The notes beneath the pieces were generated by a model that worked only from the letters and a program-made list of their open reading frames with translations, searched no databases and was not told the DNA's origin. From positions 1 through 25,347 of the forward strand of contig NZ_FOOK01000039.1 in the NCBI RefSeq assembly GCF_900113175.1: a stretch of 25,347 nucleotides of DNA. Direction: 5' to 3'. Source of the DNA: Planifilum fulgidum (lineage in GTDB: Bacteria; Bacillota; Bacilli; Thermoactinomycetales; DSM-44946). Made by a program: the position numbers and the translations under genes. This document shows, piece after piece, positions 1-9,249 of this stretch (the stretch's first letter is position 1; each line of letters begins with the position of its first letter).

Positions 1-270
1 GCACGTTGTTCCGGCGTAAAAGTTCGCGGGCGGCCGCCTCCATAACGGGGGTGAAGCGATTTCATCCCTTCCTTATTAAACCGGTGAATCAACCGTCGAA
101 CGTGATCCTCGGATAGGTGATACAGTCGGGCGATGTTTGGGACGGTCATCTTTTGGGCGGATGCCAGAATAACCATTGCCCGCCGGACTTTCACCGGATG
201 GGATCCTTTTCGAATGATATGTCTTAATTGATTGCCTTCCTTGGTGGTCAAGTCACGAACGAAAATCATT
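1..270 (-). mobile_element. IS630-family transposase, N-terminal HTH portion; gene runs off the left edge of the window
   Basis: Minus-strand translation from ATG (complement of 268-270) reads MIFVRDLTTKEGNQLRHIIRKGSHPVKVRRAMVILASAQKMTVPNIARLYHLSEDHVRRLIHRFNKEGMKSLHPRYGGGRPRTFTPEQR and stays open to position 1. The paired HTH followed by a GRP..T.EQ segment is the typical N-terminus of IS630/Tc1-like transposases. Confidence 0.65.
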
Positions 271-280
271 TCGATCACCT

Positions 281-1213
281 ATGAATCCATTCGACCATGA
301 GGTAACATTTTCCTTCGGAATTTCCCGATCTAAGTTAGTCGACGGGGCACTAGATCAATTTGCTGATTCAGACGGGATTGTCTGTCTTTCCCCCGTGCGT
401 GGAGAGAGTTCAGCGGCGGATCGGCTGCGTAATCTTCTTGCTGCTGCGTTCGGTAATGATTGGTCTACAGCAAAGGAAAAGCAGCTTCTTCAAGCTGCGA
501 CTCCCAATGGCAGACCATCTTCATCCCTCGAAGAGTGGTTAAAGGATAAGTTTTTCGAGGAGCACTGTAAACTGTTTCATCACAGACCGTTCATTTGGCA
601 CATCTGGGATGGCCGCAAAGATGGTTTCAACGCTTTGGTCAATTATCACCGTCTTGCCGGCCCTAACGGTGACGGTCGTCGCACCTTGGAAGCACTGACC
701 TATACGTACCTGGGTGACTGGATCGAACGACAGAAAGCTGAACAACGCGAGGGCAAGGAAGGTGCGGACGCTCGTCTTGCCGCCGCTCTCGACCTACAGG
801 AGCAGCTAAAAAAGATTCTGGAGGGCGAACCGCCGTATGACATTTTTGTCCGCTGGAAGCCGTTATATGAACAGCCGATAGGTTGGGAACCGGACATCAA
901 TGACGGCGTCCGGATAAACATTCGCCCGTTCATGTCGGCCACGCTGAAAAAGGGTGGTCGGGCCGGCGCTGGTATACTAAGGTCGAAACCGAATATCAAC
1001 TGGAAAAAGGACCGTGGAAAGGAGCCGGAAAGTCTGCGTCCCAAGGATGATTTCCCTTGGTTTTGGGGTTGTGATCCGGAGAGACACCCCGAGCATCGTA
1101 CCAACTTCATGGGCGGCCAAAACTTCGACGGCAACCGGTGGAACGATTTGCATTATAGTAACGCGGTGAAACAAGGAGCACGGGAACGCGCAGCGAAGGG
1201 GGTGAGGACGTGA
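281..1213 (+). CDS. pglX: C-terminal fragment of the BREX methyltransferase PglX; the 5' boundary is uncertain because the IS630 end lies somewhere in 271-370
   Basis: The 310-aa ORF ends in a GTGA/ATGA-type overlap with the pglZ start (1210-1213). In the canonical type 1 BREX order (brxA-brxB-brxC-pglX-pglZ-brxL) the gene immediately 5' of pglZ is pglX. Upstream of 281 the frame stays open only to 218 and runs into the IS630 start region, so this is a fragment, not a whole gene. I cannot confirm identity from the protein sequence alone. Confidence 0.4.
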   Translation: MNPFDHEVTFSFGISRSKLVDGALDQFADSDGIVCLSPVRGESSAADRLRNLLAAAFGNDWSTAKEKQLLQAATPNGRPSSSLEEWLKDKFFEEHCKLFHHRPFIWHIWDGRKDGFNALVNYHRLAGPNGDGRRTLEALTYTYLGDWIERQKAEQREGKEGADARLAAALDLQEQLKKILEGEPPYDIFVRWKPLYEQPIGWEPDINDGVRINIRPFMSATLKKGGRAGAGILRSKPNINWKKDRGKEPESLRPKDDFPWFWGCDPERHPEHRTNFMGGQNFDGNRWNDLHYSNAVKQGARERAAKGVRT

Positions 1214-3543
1214 GAATGCAGAAGGTTGCATCTGTGACTCTCCTGGATGAACTGGTTGCCTCATTGCGTGCCTGTGACACGACTCCGGATGGCATGGTTC
1301 GTCCTGCAGCAATTTTGTGGACAGACCCAAAACGGCAATGGCTGCCGCTGAAAGCCATGCTTTTGGACTGTTTGCCTGAACTGATCGTTTTAGGGGACTA
1401 TGATCCTGCTCACCGAACCGGGCCGGCAATCTGGATTCGCTGTGTGGTAGATCGTACGTTGGAGGATCCGAAAATTCCTGAGGATCGTGTGCCGATTGTC
1501 TACTTGCCTGGTGTGGCAAGGCAGGACTTGCGTACGGGTGAGGACTGCCCGATAGAGTTGAGACCCCTTGTTGAATTGATGTTTCGAGGAACACTGTGGT
1601 TGCAGCGCGGTGGTCACGACTGGACGGTCACAGCCTTTCTGACTTCACCGCATGGGCTTGCTTTGGATCTTGCAAGGGATCAGGATACGCTCGATGCATT
1701 GGAACGGGCACTCCGTGAGGTGGCTCAGACCCCTGTTGACCAACTTCGGGGACGTCGGCTTGAAGCAGAGGATTTTGACAAACTCCTTTCGACTGATGTC
1801 ATACGTGATCTGCTGAGATGGATGAGCGATCCGAAAACAACAAAGGAACGGATGGGTACCGAGCGTTGGGAAGCATTCCGCAACCAATGTCGGGCACAGT
1901 TTGACTTCGATCCCGAGAAAGACGGTGAGATCACCGCCGGCGAGCGACTGGGCTTGAGGGAAGGGCCATGGAAAGAGGTATGGGAGCGTTTTGAAGAGTC
2001 TCCTCAAGTATTTCCAGGAATTCCTGATCTGCTTCGGCGTTCGCAGCCGGATGAGCTTCTTTTCGAGCGTGCACCATGGCCGAACCTTAACGATCAGGAT
2101 GAAGAGGGGGTTCGGATTGAACTTGCCGGACTAAAGAATCTTTCACACACCGAAGCGTGTACCAAGGTGTTGGAACTTGAGCAAAAGCACGCCGAACGCC
2201 GGAGATGGGTCTGGGCCCGACTTGGCCTTTCGCCGATGGCCGCGGTACTTGAACCGCTAGCGCGGCTCGCCCGCGTGGCTCGGTCGGCTCTCGGGGGAAG
2301 TACGCCAGATGAGATCGCGAATGCTTATGTGGAAGGTGCTTGGGAGGCCGACGCGGCATCCTGGGAGGCGGTGACTCTGGCTCCAATCGCTGATGAGGCT
2401 CTTATCAAAAACACCGTTCGAATTTTGCTCGAACCATGGCTGGACGAATCGGCTCGTGCGTTTCAGCGAGCGGTCGAAATGCATTCGTTTCCAGGTAAGG
2501 GAAAACAAGAATCCGTAGCAGGCGAGCCAAGTATGTGTCTTCTGTTCGTGGATGGCCTTCGTTACGATGTCGGGCGGAAGCTTGCCGAACGGCTGGAAGC
2601 CAAAGGGTGTCGTGTCCAGGTTCGATGGCGATGGGCAGCTTTGCCGACGGTGACAGCGACAGCAAAACCTGCTGTCACGCCGGTCGCTGGTGATATTGTG
2701 GGTGACGAACTCCCTGAGGATTTTACCCCGAGGTTTTCTGAGAGTGGTAAACCTGTCAAAGCAGCAACGCTTAGAGCCGCTTTGGAGGCACGGGGATACC
2801 GGGTATTGCAAACCGACTTAGAAGACCGAACTGACAACGACGAAGCATTCGGTTGGTGCGAGACGGGTACAATCGACCGCCGGGGACATGACCTTGAAGA
2901 CGATCTGGCCCGACATATCCTACAGGAAATTGAACGTTTGACTGAACGAATCCTGAGATTGTTCGATGCCGGTTGGACATCCGTGCGTGTGGTGACTGAC
3001 CACGGTTGGCTCTGGGTTCCTGGAGGGTTGCCCAAGGTCGATCTGCCCAAGCATCTAGCGGCAAGTCGTTGGAAGCGATGTGCCGTCATTGAAGGAGAAT
3101 CACAAGTTGATGCGTTGATTGCACCTTGGTATTGGAATATATCCCAGTATTTTGCAACTGCACCCGGGATCGCCTGTTTCAATGCCTCACCAAGTTATGC
3201 GCACGGTGGACTCAGTATTCAGGAGTGCCTGATTCCTGATTTGCTCGTCGAAAGAGGAAGTGGATCGTCACATCGAGCTATTATCAGATCAGTGACTTGG
3301 CGCAGGATGCGCTGTTTTGTTGAGGCGGAATGCTCATTGGAAAGAGTGGTTGCCGATCTCCGTCTTGAACGACCCGACGGGATTTCCGTGGTTTCATCCA
3401 CCAAGAAACTGGATAAGGACGGCACGACCAGTTTGGTCGTTGCCGATGATGCATACGAAAACAAGAATCTGGTTCTGGTCCTTCTGGACCAAGAAGGAAA
3501 TGTTCTCGCTCAGCGGAAAACCAAGGTGGGAGATTCCTTATGA
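1210..3543 (+). CDS. pglZ: BREX alkaline-phosphatase-superfamily protein PglZ
   Basis: 777-aa ORF. It carries the PglZ-domain motif CLLFVDGLRYDVGRKL, i.e. the DG(L/M)R(Y/W)D metal-binding region, and the N-terminal ILWTDPKRQW segment typical of PglZ. The RBS GGGGGTGAGG sits upstream of GTG1210/ATG1216. The stop overlaps the brxL start (ATGA at 3540-3543). Confidence 0.85.
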   Translation: MRMQKVASVTLLDELVASLRACDTTPDGMVRPAAILWTDPKRQWLPLKAMLLDCLPELIVLGDYDPAHRTGPAIWIRCVVDRTLEDPKIPEDRVPIVYLPGVARQDLRTGEDCPIELRPLVELMFRGTLWLQRGGHDWTVTAFLTSPHGLALDLARDQDTLDALERALREVAQTPVDQLRGRRLEAEDFDKLLSTDVIRDLLRWMSDPKTTKERMGTERWEAFRNQCRAQFDFDPEKDGEITAGERLGLREGPWKEVWERFEESPQVFPGIPDLLRRSQPDELLFERAPWPNLNDQDEEGVRIELAGLKNLSHTEACTKVLELEQKHAERRRWVWARLGLSPMAAVLEPLARLARVARSALGGSTPDEIANAYVEGAWEADAASWEAVTLAPIADEALIKNTVRILLEPWLDESARAFQRAVEMHSFPGKGKQESVAGEPSMCLLFVDGLRYDVGRKLAERLEAKGCRVQVRWRWAALPTVTATAKPAVTPVAGDIVGDELPEDFTPRFSESGKPVKAATLRAALEARGYRVLQTDLEDRTDNDEAFGWCETGTIDRRGHDLEDDLARHILQEIERLTERILRLFDAGWTSVRVVTDHGWLWVPGGLPKVDLPKHLAASRWKRCAVIEGESQVDALIAPWYWNISQYFATAPGIACFNASPSYAHGGLSIQECLIPDLLVERGSGSSHRAIIRSVTWRRMRCFVEAECSLERVVADLRLERPDGISVVSSTKKLDKDGTTSLVVADDAYENKNLVLVLLDQEGNVLAQRKTKVGDSL

Positions 3544-5600
3544 TTACTCCTGTTGAAATGGATCGTCTCGACGAGATTGCTGCGTCTGTCTTTGAAGGAT
3601 ACCTCGTCCGTAAAGACTTGGTTCGAAAGTATGCCCGACAGTATCCTGTCCCAACCTACGTGGTGGAGTTCCTCCTGGGCAGGTATTGTGCAAGCACCAA
3701 TGAGGAGGAAATCCAAGAGGGGCTGGAAATTGTCGGGAAGCAGTTGAAAGGCCGAACGGTACGTACCGGGGAAGAAGAGCTTTTCAAGGCCAGGGCACGG
3801 GAGGAAGGCTCAGTCAAGCTGATTGATATCGTCAAGGCCAGACTCGACGCAAAAAACGACTGCTATGTGGCCGAATTGCCGAGTCTGAATCTGCGTGACG
3901 TTCAGATCGCCGATTCGCTCGTAAAAGAGAACGAGAGGATGTTGACGGATGGGTTTTACACCGAGGTAACGCTCGAATATGACCCGATTGTGGCCCAGGA
4001 GAAAAATGGGCGTCCATTTCGGATAGCAGCGTTGCGACCGATCCAGATGTCCAGTCCAAACGTTCTTGACGTATTGGCAAAGGGGCGGCAAGTTTTTACC
4101 ACCGATGAATGGCGTGATTTTCTCATTCGATCCATTGGATTGGAGCCATCTGTTCTGAGCGAACGGGCTAAAATGGTGACCATGCTTCGTATGGTGCCGT
4201 TCGTCGAGCGCAATTACAACCTTGTCGAACTCGGACCGCGGGGGACAGGAAAGAGCCATCTGTTTCAGCAGATATCCCCCTATTCGCATTTGATATCGGG
4301 CGGGAAGGCCACAGTGGCCAAAATGTTTGTTAACAACGCGAACGGTCAACGTGGATTAGTCTGCCAGTATGATGTTGTTTGTTTCGATGAGATATCCGGA
4401 ATCTCCTTCGATCAGAAGGATGGCGTTAATATCATGAAAGGGTATATGGCCTCTGGTGAGTTCAGCCGCGGGAAGGAGAGTATCCGGGCCGAAGGCGGAA
4501 TCGTGATGGTGGGGAACTTCGATGTGGATGTTGAACAGCAACAAAGGATCGGGCATTTGTTGAGCCCCCTGCCGAAGGAAATGCGGGATGATACAGCGTT
4601 TCACGACCGAATCCATGCTTTTGCCCCAGGGTGGGATTTCCCAAAGCTCAATCCGCATGAACATTTGACGAATCACTTCGGTCTTGTCAGCGACTTTCTC
4701 AGTGAATGCTGGCATCGTTTGCGAGAAACAAGTCGAGTCCATGTCCTACAGAACAGAGTGTTTTGGGGAGGTGCACTAAGCGGACGTGACATAGAGGCAG
4801 TTAATAAAACGGTTAGTGGCTTGTTGAAGCTCCTTTTTCCTGATCCGGAGATGCCCATTCCGGACCATGACCTTGAATGGATCGTTCGTCTGGCCCTCGA
4901 ATCCCGCCGGCGTGTGAAAGAGCAACAGAAACGCTGTCTCAAGAGCGAATTCCGTAATACCCATTTTAGCTACAAATTAGGTGCCGACGGAGTGGAGCAG
5001 TTTGTAGCCACGCCCGAATTGCATAGCGATGAGGCCATTGAAGGTGATCCTTTGCCCCCTGGCTAGGTATGGGCGGTTGGGCCTGGAGCCCAAGAATCCG
5101 GACCCGGATTGTATCGGATTGAAGTGGCCGTGGGGCCTGGCAGCGGGGTGCGTATCTTAAATCACCCGCAACCACCTGCGTTTCGTGAAAGTGTCAAAGT
5201 TGGAGAACAAAATCTCTACGCTCGTGCGAAAGAACTTGTTGGTGATCGGGATCCGCGAAGCCATGAGTTCTCCATTCAACTTCGGGCAATGGATGCCGAC
5301 AAGAGCGGAGCAGGTTTGGGTTTGCCCGTCTTGGTGGCTATGGTTGGAGCTCTTCTCGAAAGAAATACCCGTGGTGGAACCATTATAGTCGGTCCACTTA
5401 ATCTGGGAGGTTCGATAGAGATGCTCCCCAACCCCGTGGCTATTGCTGAGCTCGCCGTAGATAAAAAGGCTACTACTTTACTCATGCCGATCTCCGCTCG
5501 CCGTGCACTTAACGACCTCCCCGATGAACTTTGGACGAAAATCAGCATTGAGTTTTACAGTGACCCGACTGATGCCGTTTTCAAGGGATTGATTGAATAA
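3540..5600 (+). CDS. brxL: BREX Lon-like protease BrxL; one continuous frame interrupted by a single in-frame TAG at 5064-5066 (possible pseudogene)
   Basis: The N-terminus has ASVFEGYLVRKDLVRKY. A Walker A motif LGPRGTGKSH is present. The C-terminal S16 Lon-protease-like domain is present (KSGAGLGLPVLVAMVGALL...GGSIEMLPNPVA). Track ORFs 3540..5066 and 5109..5600 are in the same frame (both starts equal 0 mod 3) and are separated only by ...PLPPG-TAG-VWAVGPGAQESGPGLYRIEVAV.... Total length of about 686 aa matches BrxL. The RBS AAGGTGGGAG precedes ATG3540. Confidence 0.8.
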
Positions 5601-5920
5601 GGGTAATCTCAACTGGATTTTGGGCTAGGTAAGATGGTCTCGGCAGGATCAGGGATTCGCCCGATTGTCCTTTTCGATTACCATCTGGTATCAGGAATCG
5701 GACGACATCATCCACATCGTTTGTAAAGCCGATGGTGAGCATCAGTTCCACACAACAGTTCGAAGAAGAGGAGAAAAGCGGTTCTACCCAATCTAACCAT
5801 TTGGCTAACACGCTGATAAAGTACGATAAACCTGCTCCGCAGCTGAAGGACAAGGGAGAACAGTGAGAAGCGCATTTGATGAGGTATGAAAGCGAAATAA
5901 AGCTTCGGAGAGGAGTAGTA

Positions 5921-6822
5921 ATGAGCGATATTAAACTTTTCAGGATCCAGAACAGCAGCGTTCAGGAACTCTTAGGAAGCGCTGTCGCTTTAGAAAAGTC
6001 GCTGCAGACTTTAATTGGGAACAACCTAGAGAATTTACTTGGAGTGCGCTTTTTGGCCAGTGAGTATCCCACTGGCCCGAGACACGGTGGACGAATCGAC
6101 ACATTGGGAATTGACGAGAACGGATGTCCGGCATTATTGAATACAAACGGGCGACCAACGAGAATGTAATCAACGGATTTATTCTACTTGGACTGGTTAC
6201 TCGATCACAAGGCGGATTTCCATTTCCTGGTGCAAAAAAATTTGGCGATCAAGAAGCCGACAAGATTGACTGGTCTGCGCCGCGATTGATCTGCATCGCG
6301 GGAGACTTTACCCGCTACGTTGAGCATGCCATACAGCAGATAAATCGCAGCATCGAATTTATCCGTTACCGGCGGTTCGGAGACGATCTGCTTCTACTTG
6401 AGCTGGTGAACGCCGTGACAGTCCGACCGGAAGGGTTGACTAGTCCTCCAAGTTTCCAGTACGTCATACAAGACCATCACCGAAACCCTCGCGGAGCTTT
6501 CCGGGCCGTTACGCGATCTATATGAAGAGCTACGCTCCTATCTTCTGGCGCTCGGCGATGATGTACAGGAGAAAGTTCTCAAGTACTATGTAGCCTTCAA
6601 GCGTATCAAGAATTTTGCCTGTGTAGAGGTCCACCCTGCCAAGAGGGTCATCACGTTGTTTCTCAAAGTTAATCCGGACGAAGTTGAACTAAGGCCCGGC
6701 TTTACCCGCGGTGTGAGGCAGATAGGCAATTACGGAACCGGAGATCTCGAGGTAACGCTGCGGAGCCGCGAAGACCTTGATCGAGCGAAAAATATGATCC
6801 AGAGAAGTTATGAAGCGAGTTA
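5921..6822 (+). pseudogene. DUF91 (NucS-like PD-(D/E)XK nuclease) + DUF5655 family protein, disrupted by two frameshifts
   Basis: RBS GGAGAGGAG followed by ATG5921. Frame 2 gives MSDIKLFRI...GRIDTLGIDENGCPA, which is a D..E.K nuclease-motif region. At about 6131-6142 the reading jumps to frame 1 (IIEYKRATNENVIN...LICIAGDFTRYVEHAIQQINRSIEFIRYRRFGDDLLLLELVNA). At about 6478-6482 it returns to frame 2 (ETLAELSGPLRDLYEELRSYLLALGDDVQEKVLKYYVAFKRIKNFACVEVHPAKRVITLFLKVNPDE...GNYGTGDLEVTLRSREDLDRAKNMIQRSYEAS, a DUF5655-like C-terminus), stopping at 6820-6822. Confidence 0.6.
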
Positions 6823-7006
6823 ATCATGGAAGGGTAAGAGGAGGGCGTCATAAACAGGTATTTTTCTTACGATGGTCATCCACTACAGTGTGGAATTTTG
6901 CTATGAGGTAATTAGTAAACAATGTCATCTACCGAGCGAAAAAATTTGGCGGTGGTGTTTTTCCCTCTCTGAAGAGTAGATAGCCTTAGAATAAGGGGGA
7001 GGGCCA

Positions 7007-7390
7007 ATGGATTCATTAACTGAGCAAGTTCTCAGATTTCTTTGTACCTACAAAGAGTGCCAAAAAAATGCATCTAGTGAATTCAGGGTTATCAACGCCG
7101 ACGTTGTTAAGGCATTTGAAACGGCTGGATTAACTCCAAAGGAAAAACGTTTGCTCTTGGGATTAGTTCGTACACAAGCAGATTTTAGAAAAGTTATAAA
7201 ACGTAGGGACTTCGTGGAAATTGAAAGTGCATGTGGGAAAATGGCTAGAAAGCTAAAAAAGTTAGGACGTAATCATATCTCTTTAGAAATGAACTATCCA
7301 AAACAAAAACGTAAAATAAGTACTGGCCGTGTAAAGATGGACTATCCAAAGTACAAACGTAAAAAATGGGGGATACAACACATATGGTAG
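7007..7390 (+). CDS. hypothetical small basic protein with a C-terminal repeated YPK(Q/Y)KRK motif
   Basis: 127-aa ORF in the AT-rich islet. The RBS GGGGGAGGG sits 6 nt upstream of ATG7007. The C-terminus reads EMNYPKQKRKISTGRVKMDYPKYKRKKWG. An inverted repeat GGTTTTTAT...ATAAAAACC lies downstream at 7423-7460. I recognise no homology. Confidence 0.4.
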   Translation: MDSLTEQVLRFLCTYKECQKNASSEFRVINADVVKAFETAGLTPKEKRLLLGLVRTQADFRKVIKRRDFVEIESACGKMARKLKKLGRNHISLEMNYPKQKRKISTGRVKMDYPKYKRKKWGIQHIW

Positions 7391-7671
7391 TTAAAATCTA
7401 CTCCCGTATCAGCTTCAGTCGTAATCGGAGCGGTTTTTATATGGGGTTTCCATAAAAACCAGTCGTGGAAGCTACAAGTGAGTATATTGTTCCCTGGATC
7501 CACAAGGCCCGGATCGGGGACTGTTAAGATTTTAATACCAGAAGGATGCGCAGACGTTCGGATTTGCAATGGGGTTCTCCTTTTTTCCCCGATATCCGCC
7601 ATACATGCACCAATCAACAAAAACAAACTAAATATCGACCCGTAACTTCGACTTGTTTTCCTCCTCTTCAA
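7342..7671 (-). CDS. possible small secreted protein or lipoprotein (weak call)
   Basis: The N-terminus MKRRKTSRSYGSIFSLFLLIGAC resembles a signal peptide with an imperfect lipobox. The 3' part overlaps gene 7007..7390 and reads through the 7423-7460 hairpin, so the true extent is doubtful. Confidence 0.2.
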   Translation of the reverse strand: MKRRKTSRSYGSIFSLFLLIGACMADIGEKRRTPLQIRTSAHPSGIKILTVPDPGLVDPGNNILTCSFHDWFLWKPHIKTAPITTEADTGVDFNYHMCCIPHFLRLYFG

Positions 7672-7715
7672 CTTAACTTAATTTAACAATACAATCTGTT
7701 CCTTCCCGGTTCGGA

Positions 7716-8452
7716 CTATTCCCACAAGTCTCTGGTACAAGTCCGGGTCTGAGCGATAGTGGTCTCGTAATAGGTGCTGTCTTTTCGATAAAATCCATTG
7801 ACCCAGACATCAGCACTGAAAACCTGGGGAACCCAAGATAAGATCATACAGGTTAGGAAAGCCACCTTGTAAAAAGCCTTTCGTTCCGTCGGTCCCATTC
7901 CTAATTCCTTTCGGTAAGAGTCTATTGTTCTCCATGCTGGCGATCAACCAACCCGGTTCCTTTTTGGATTCAGTGATCACCAATTCTGCTTTTTGCCAAT
8001 AGATCACCTTTTGCCATGACATTGAGCGTTTTCCCGGCTGGTAAAGGGAATCTTGCTCTTAATCACAAGTTCCCCAATCCGGCATATCCGGTGGCCTCAA
8101 AGAGACCTGTTTCATTCCCTTCAAACCGAATTTGGGCAAGAACATCATTTTTGCACTCATCCAGTAAGGTTTTCCTTTCCATCAGGGGGCGGCCTAGAAC
8201 CGCTTTTCCCCTGTGGTACAGGATGTCGAAAACCACATACTGAACTGAAAACACTCGCGCCAACTGTTCAATCTTAAGGAGACTCCGTGTCTGAAGTTGC
8301 TTCATTACCTGTTCAAAATGCGGTATACATTCCCCATCGGTCATGATCAGTTTCCCGTCTAGAACCGTTCCGTTGGGGATGAAGCATTCCTTTAGCTCGG
8401 GAAACCGATCAAACACATTCCCATGGCGGATACAAGCCTTCATCCCCTCCAT
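7716..8452 (-). pseudogene. remnant of an ATP-dependent DNA ligase (LigD/YkoU-like adenylation domain), truncated and frameshifted
   Basis: ORF 8063..8452 reads FPELKECFIPNGTVLDGKLIMTDGE...VQYVVFDILYHRGKAVLGRPLMERKTLLDE...IRFEGNETGLFEATGYAGLG. This matches ligase motifs III (LDGE), IIIa (FDILY) and the LxERK region. Motif I (KxDG) is missing; there is an in-frame stop 8 codons upstream of the start. The continuation lies in other frames (7810..8022 WQKVIYWQKAELVI...; 7716..7898). Confidence 0.5.
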
Positions 8453-8629
8453 GGCTGTCAGGATTGGGTTCTGTGATTATCCGCTCATCATCATAGGGCT
8501 AGTTCATCTTCTGAGTTAAAGTGGGAGAAATGAACATCTCGATCATCTATTTCCGTCATGCCAGTATGGATGATCGAATCAGACTGGGAATCGAAGGGAA
8601 ATTGGGAGAGGACTTGAAAACGGCACCCC

Positions 8630-9249
8630 TCAACGGATGCCTTTTAGCTTCCTTCGGCACCATTTGTCCTCGTCAAATCCCGCATTTGTCACATACCCCG
8701 GACACTGCCACACCCCGAGCTTATTGTCCTTTGCGAATCGCTCCGCTTCCCGGAAGGCTTCCAAATGCCGGTGAGACGCATAGACATATCCCACCCGGCG
8801 AGGCTTTTTCCAATAGCTCTTCCTGCGCGTTCTGGCCGTTTGTGTAAACATAGGCTAAAACCCGACCGTACTTATCCCTTTTCTCCACGTCATACTCCAG
8901 CGTGATCCGGTCGGCTTCACTCAATATCTTTTTGGAGTACTCACTGGCCTCTTCCCCGAGAGGCTGGGTACCCCATTCAGGATGCTGTGTCTCTGGAGTG
9001 TCTACAAGAAGGAACTGTACTGTCTCTACCTTGCCGTTAATACGCAATTTTACGGAGTCCCCGTCAATATGACTCACAAACTCCGCCTCTTCTACATCCT
9101 TGGGTTCCCTGGCCGAATTTGCACGAAAGTACGCAATACCTGTTGGGTGGTCCTTGAGGAAATCCTTCTGAAGAACCTTCATGAGGAGATACTGCCTCCT
9201 GTCCCCTTCCACAACCAGCCAAAAACAACAGCAACACAAGTAACAGCAT
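8630..9249 (-). pseudogene. thermonuclease (SNase-like) lipoprotein, split over three frames by two frameshifts
   Basis: The signal peptide plus lipobox MLLLVLLLFLAGCG is in frame A (9064..9249). The nuclease core EFVSHIDGDSVKL...LLVDTPETQHPEWG...EYDVEKRDKYGRVLAYVYTNGQNAQEELLEK is in frame B (8721..9239). The conserved C-terminus GYVYASHRHLEAFREAERFAKDNKLGVWQ is in frame C (8630..8851). The C-terminal shift maps to the A5 run in GGAAAAAGCC at about 8800-8815; removing one A restores EELLEKPRRVGYVYA. Confidence 0.6.

Noticed and set aside
5064-5066. TAG read as pyrrolysine, or recoding rather than a stop
   Set aside because: No pyl genes or PYLIS-like context are visible, and the inferred Bacillales-like host is not a known Pyl user. 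A nonsense mutation or a base-call error is more parsimonious.
3540-5600. Treating 3540..5066 and 5109..5600 as two separate genes
   Set aside because: They share one frame. The sequence between them is an uninterrupted continuation of the BrxL Lon-like domain apart from a single TAG. ATG5109 is just the first internal Met.
5581-5853. 90-aa minus-strand ORF between brxL and the DUF91 gene
   Set aside because: It has a TTG start without an RBS and overlaps the brxL C-terminus. It shows no recognisable features.
8521-8847. 108-aa + ORF
   Set aside because: It is antisense to the thermonuclease C-terminal segment and has no RBS.
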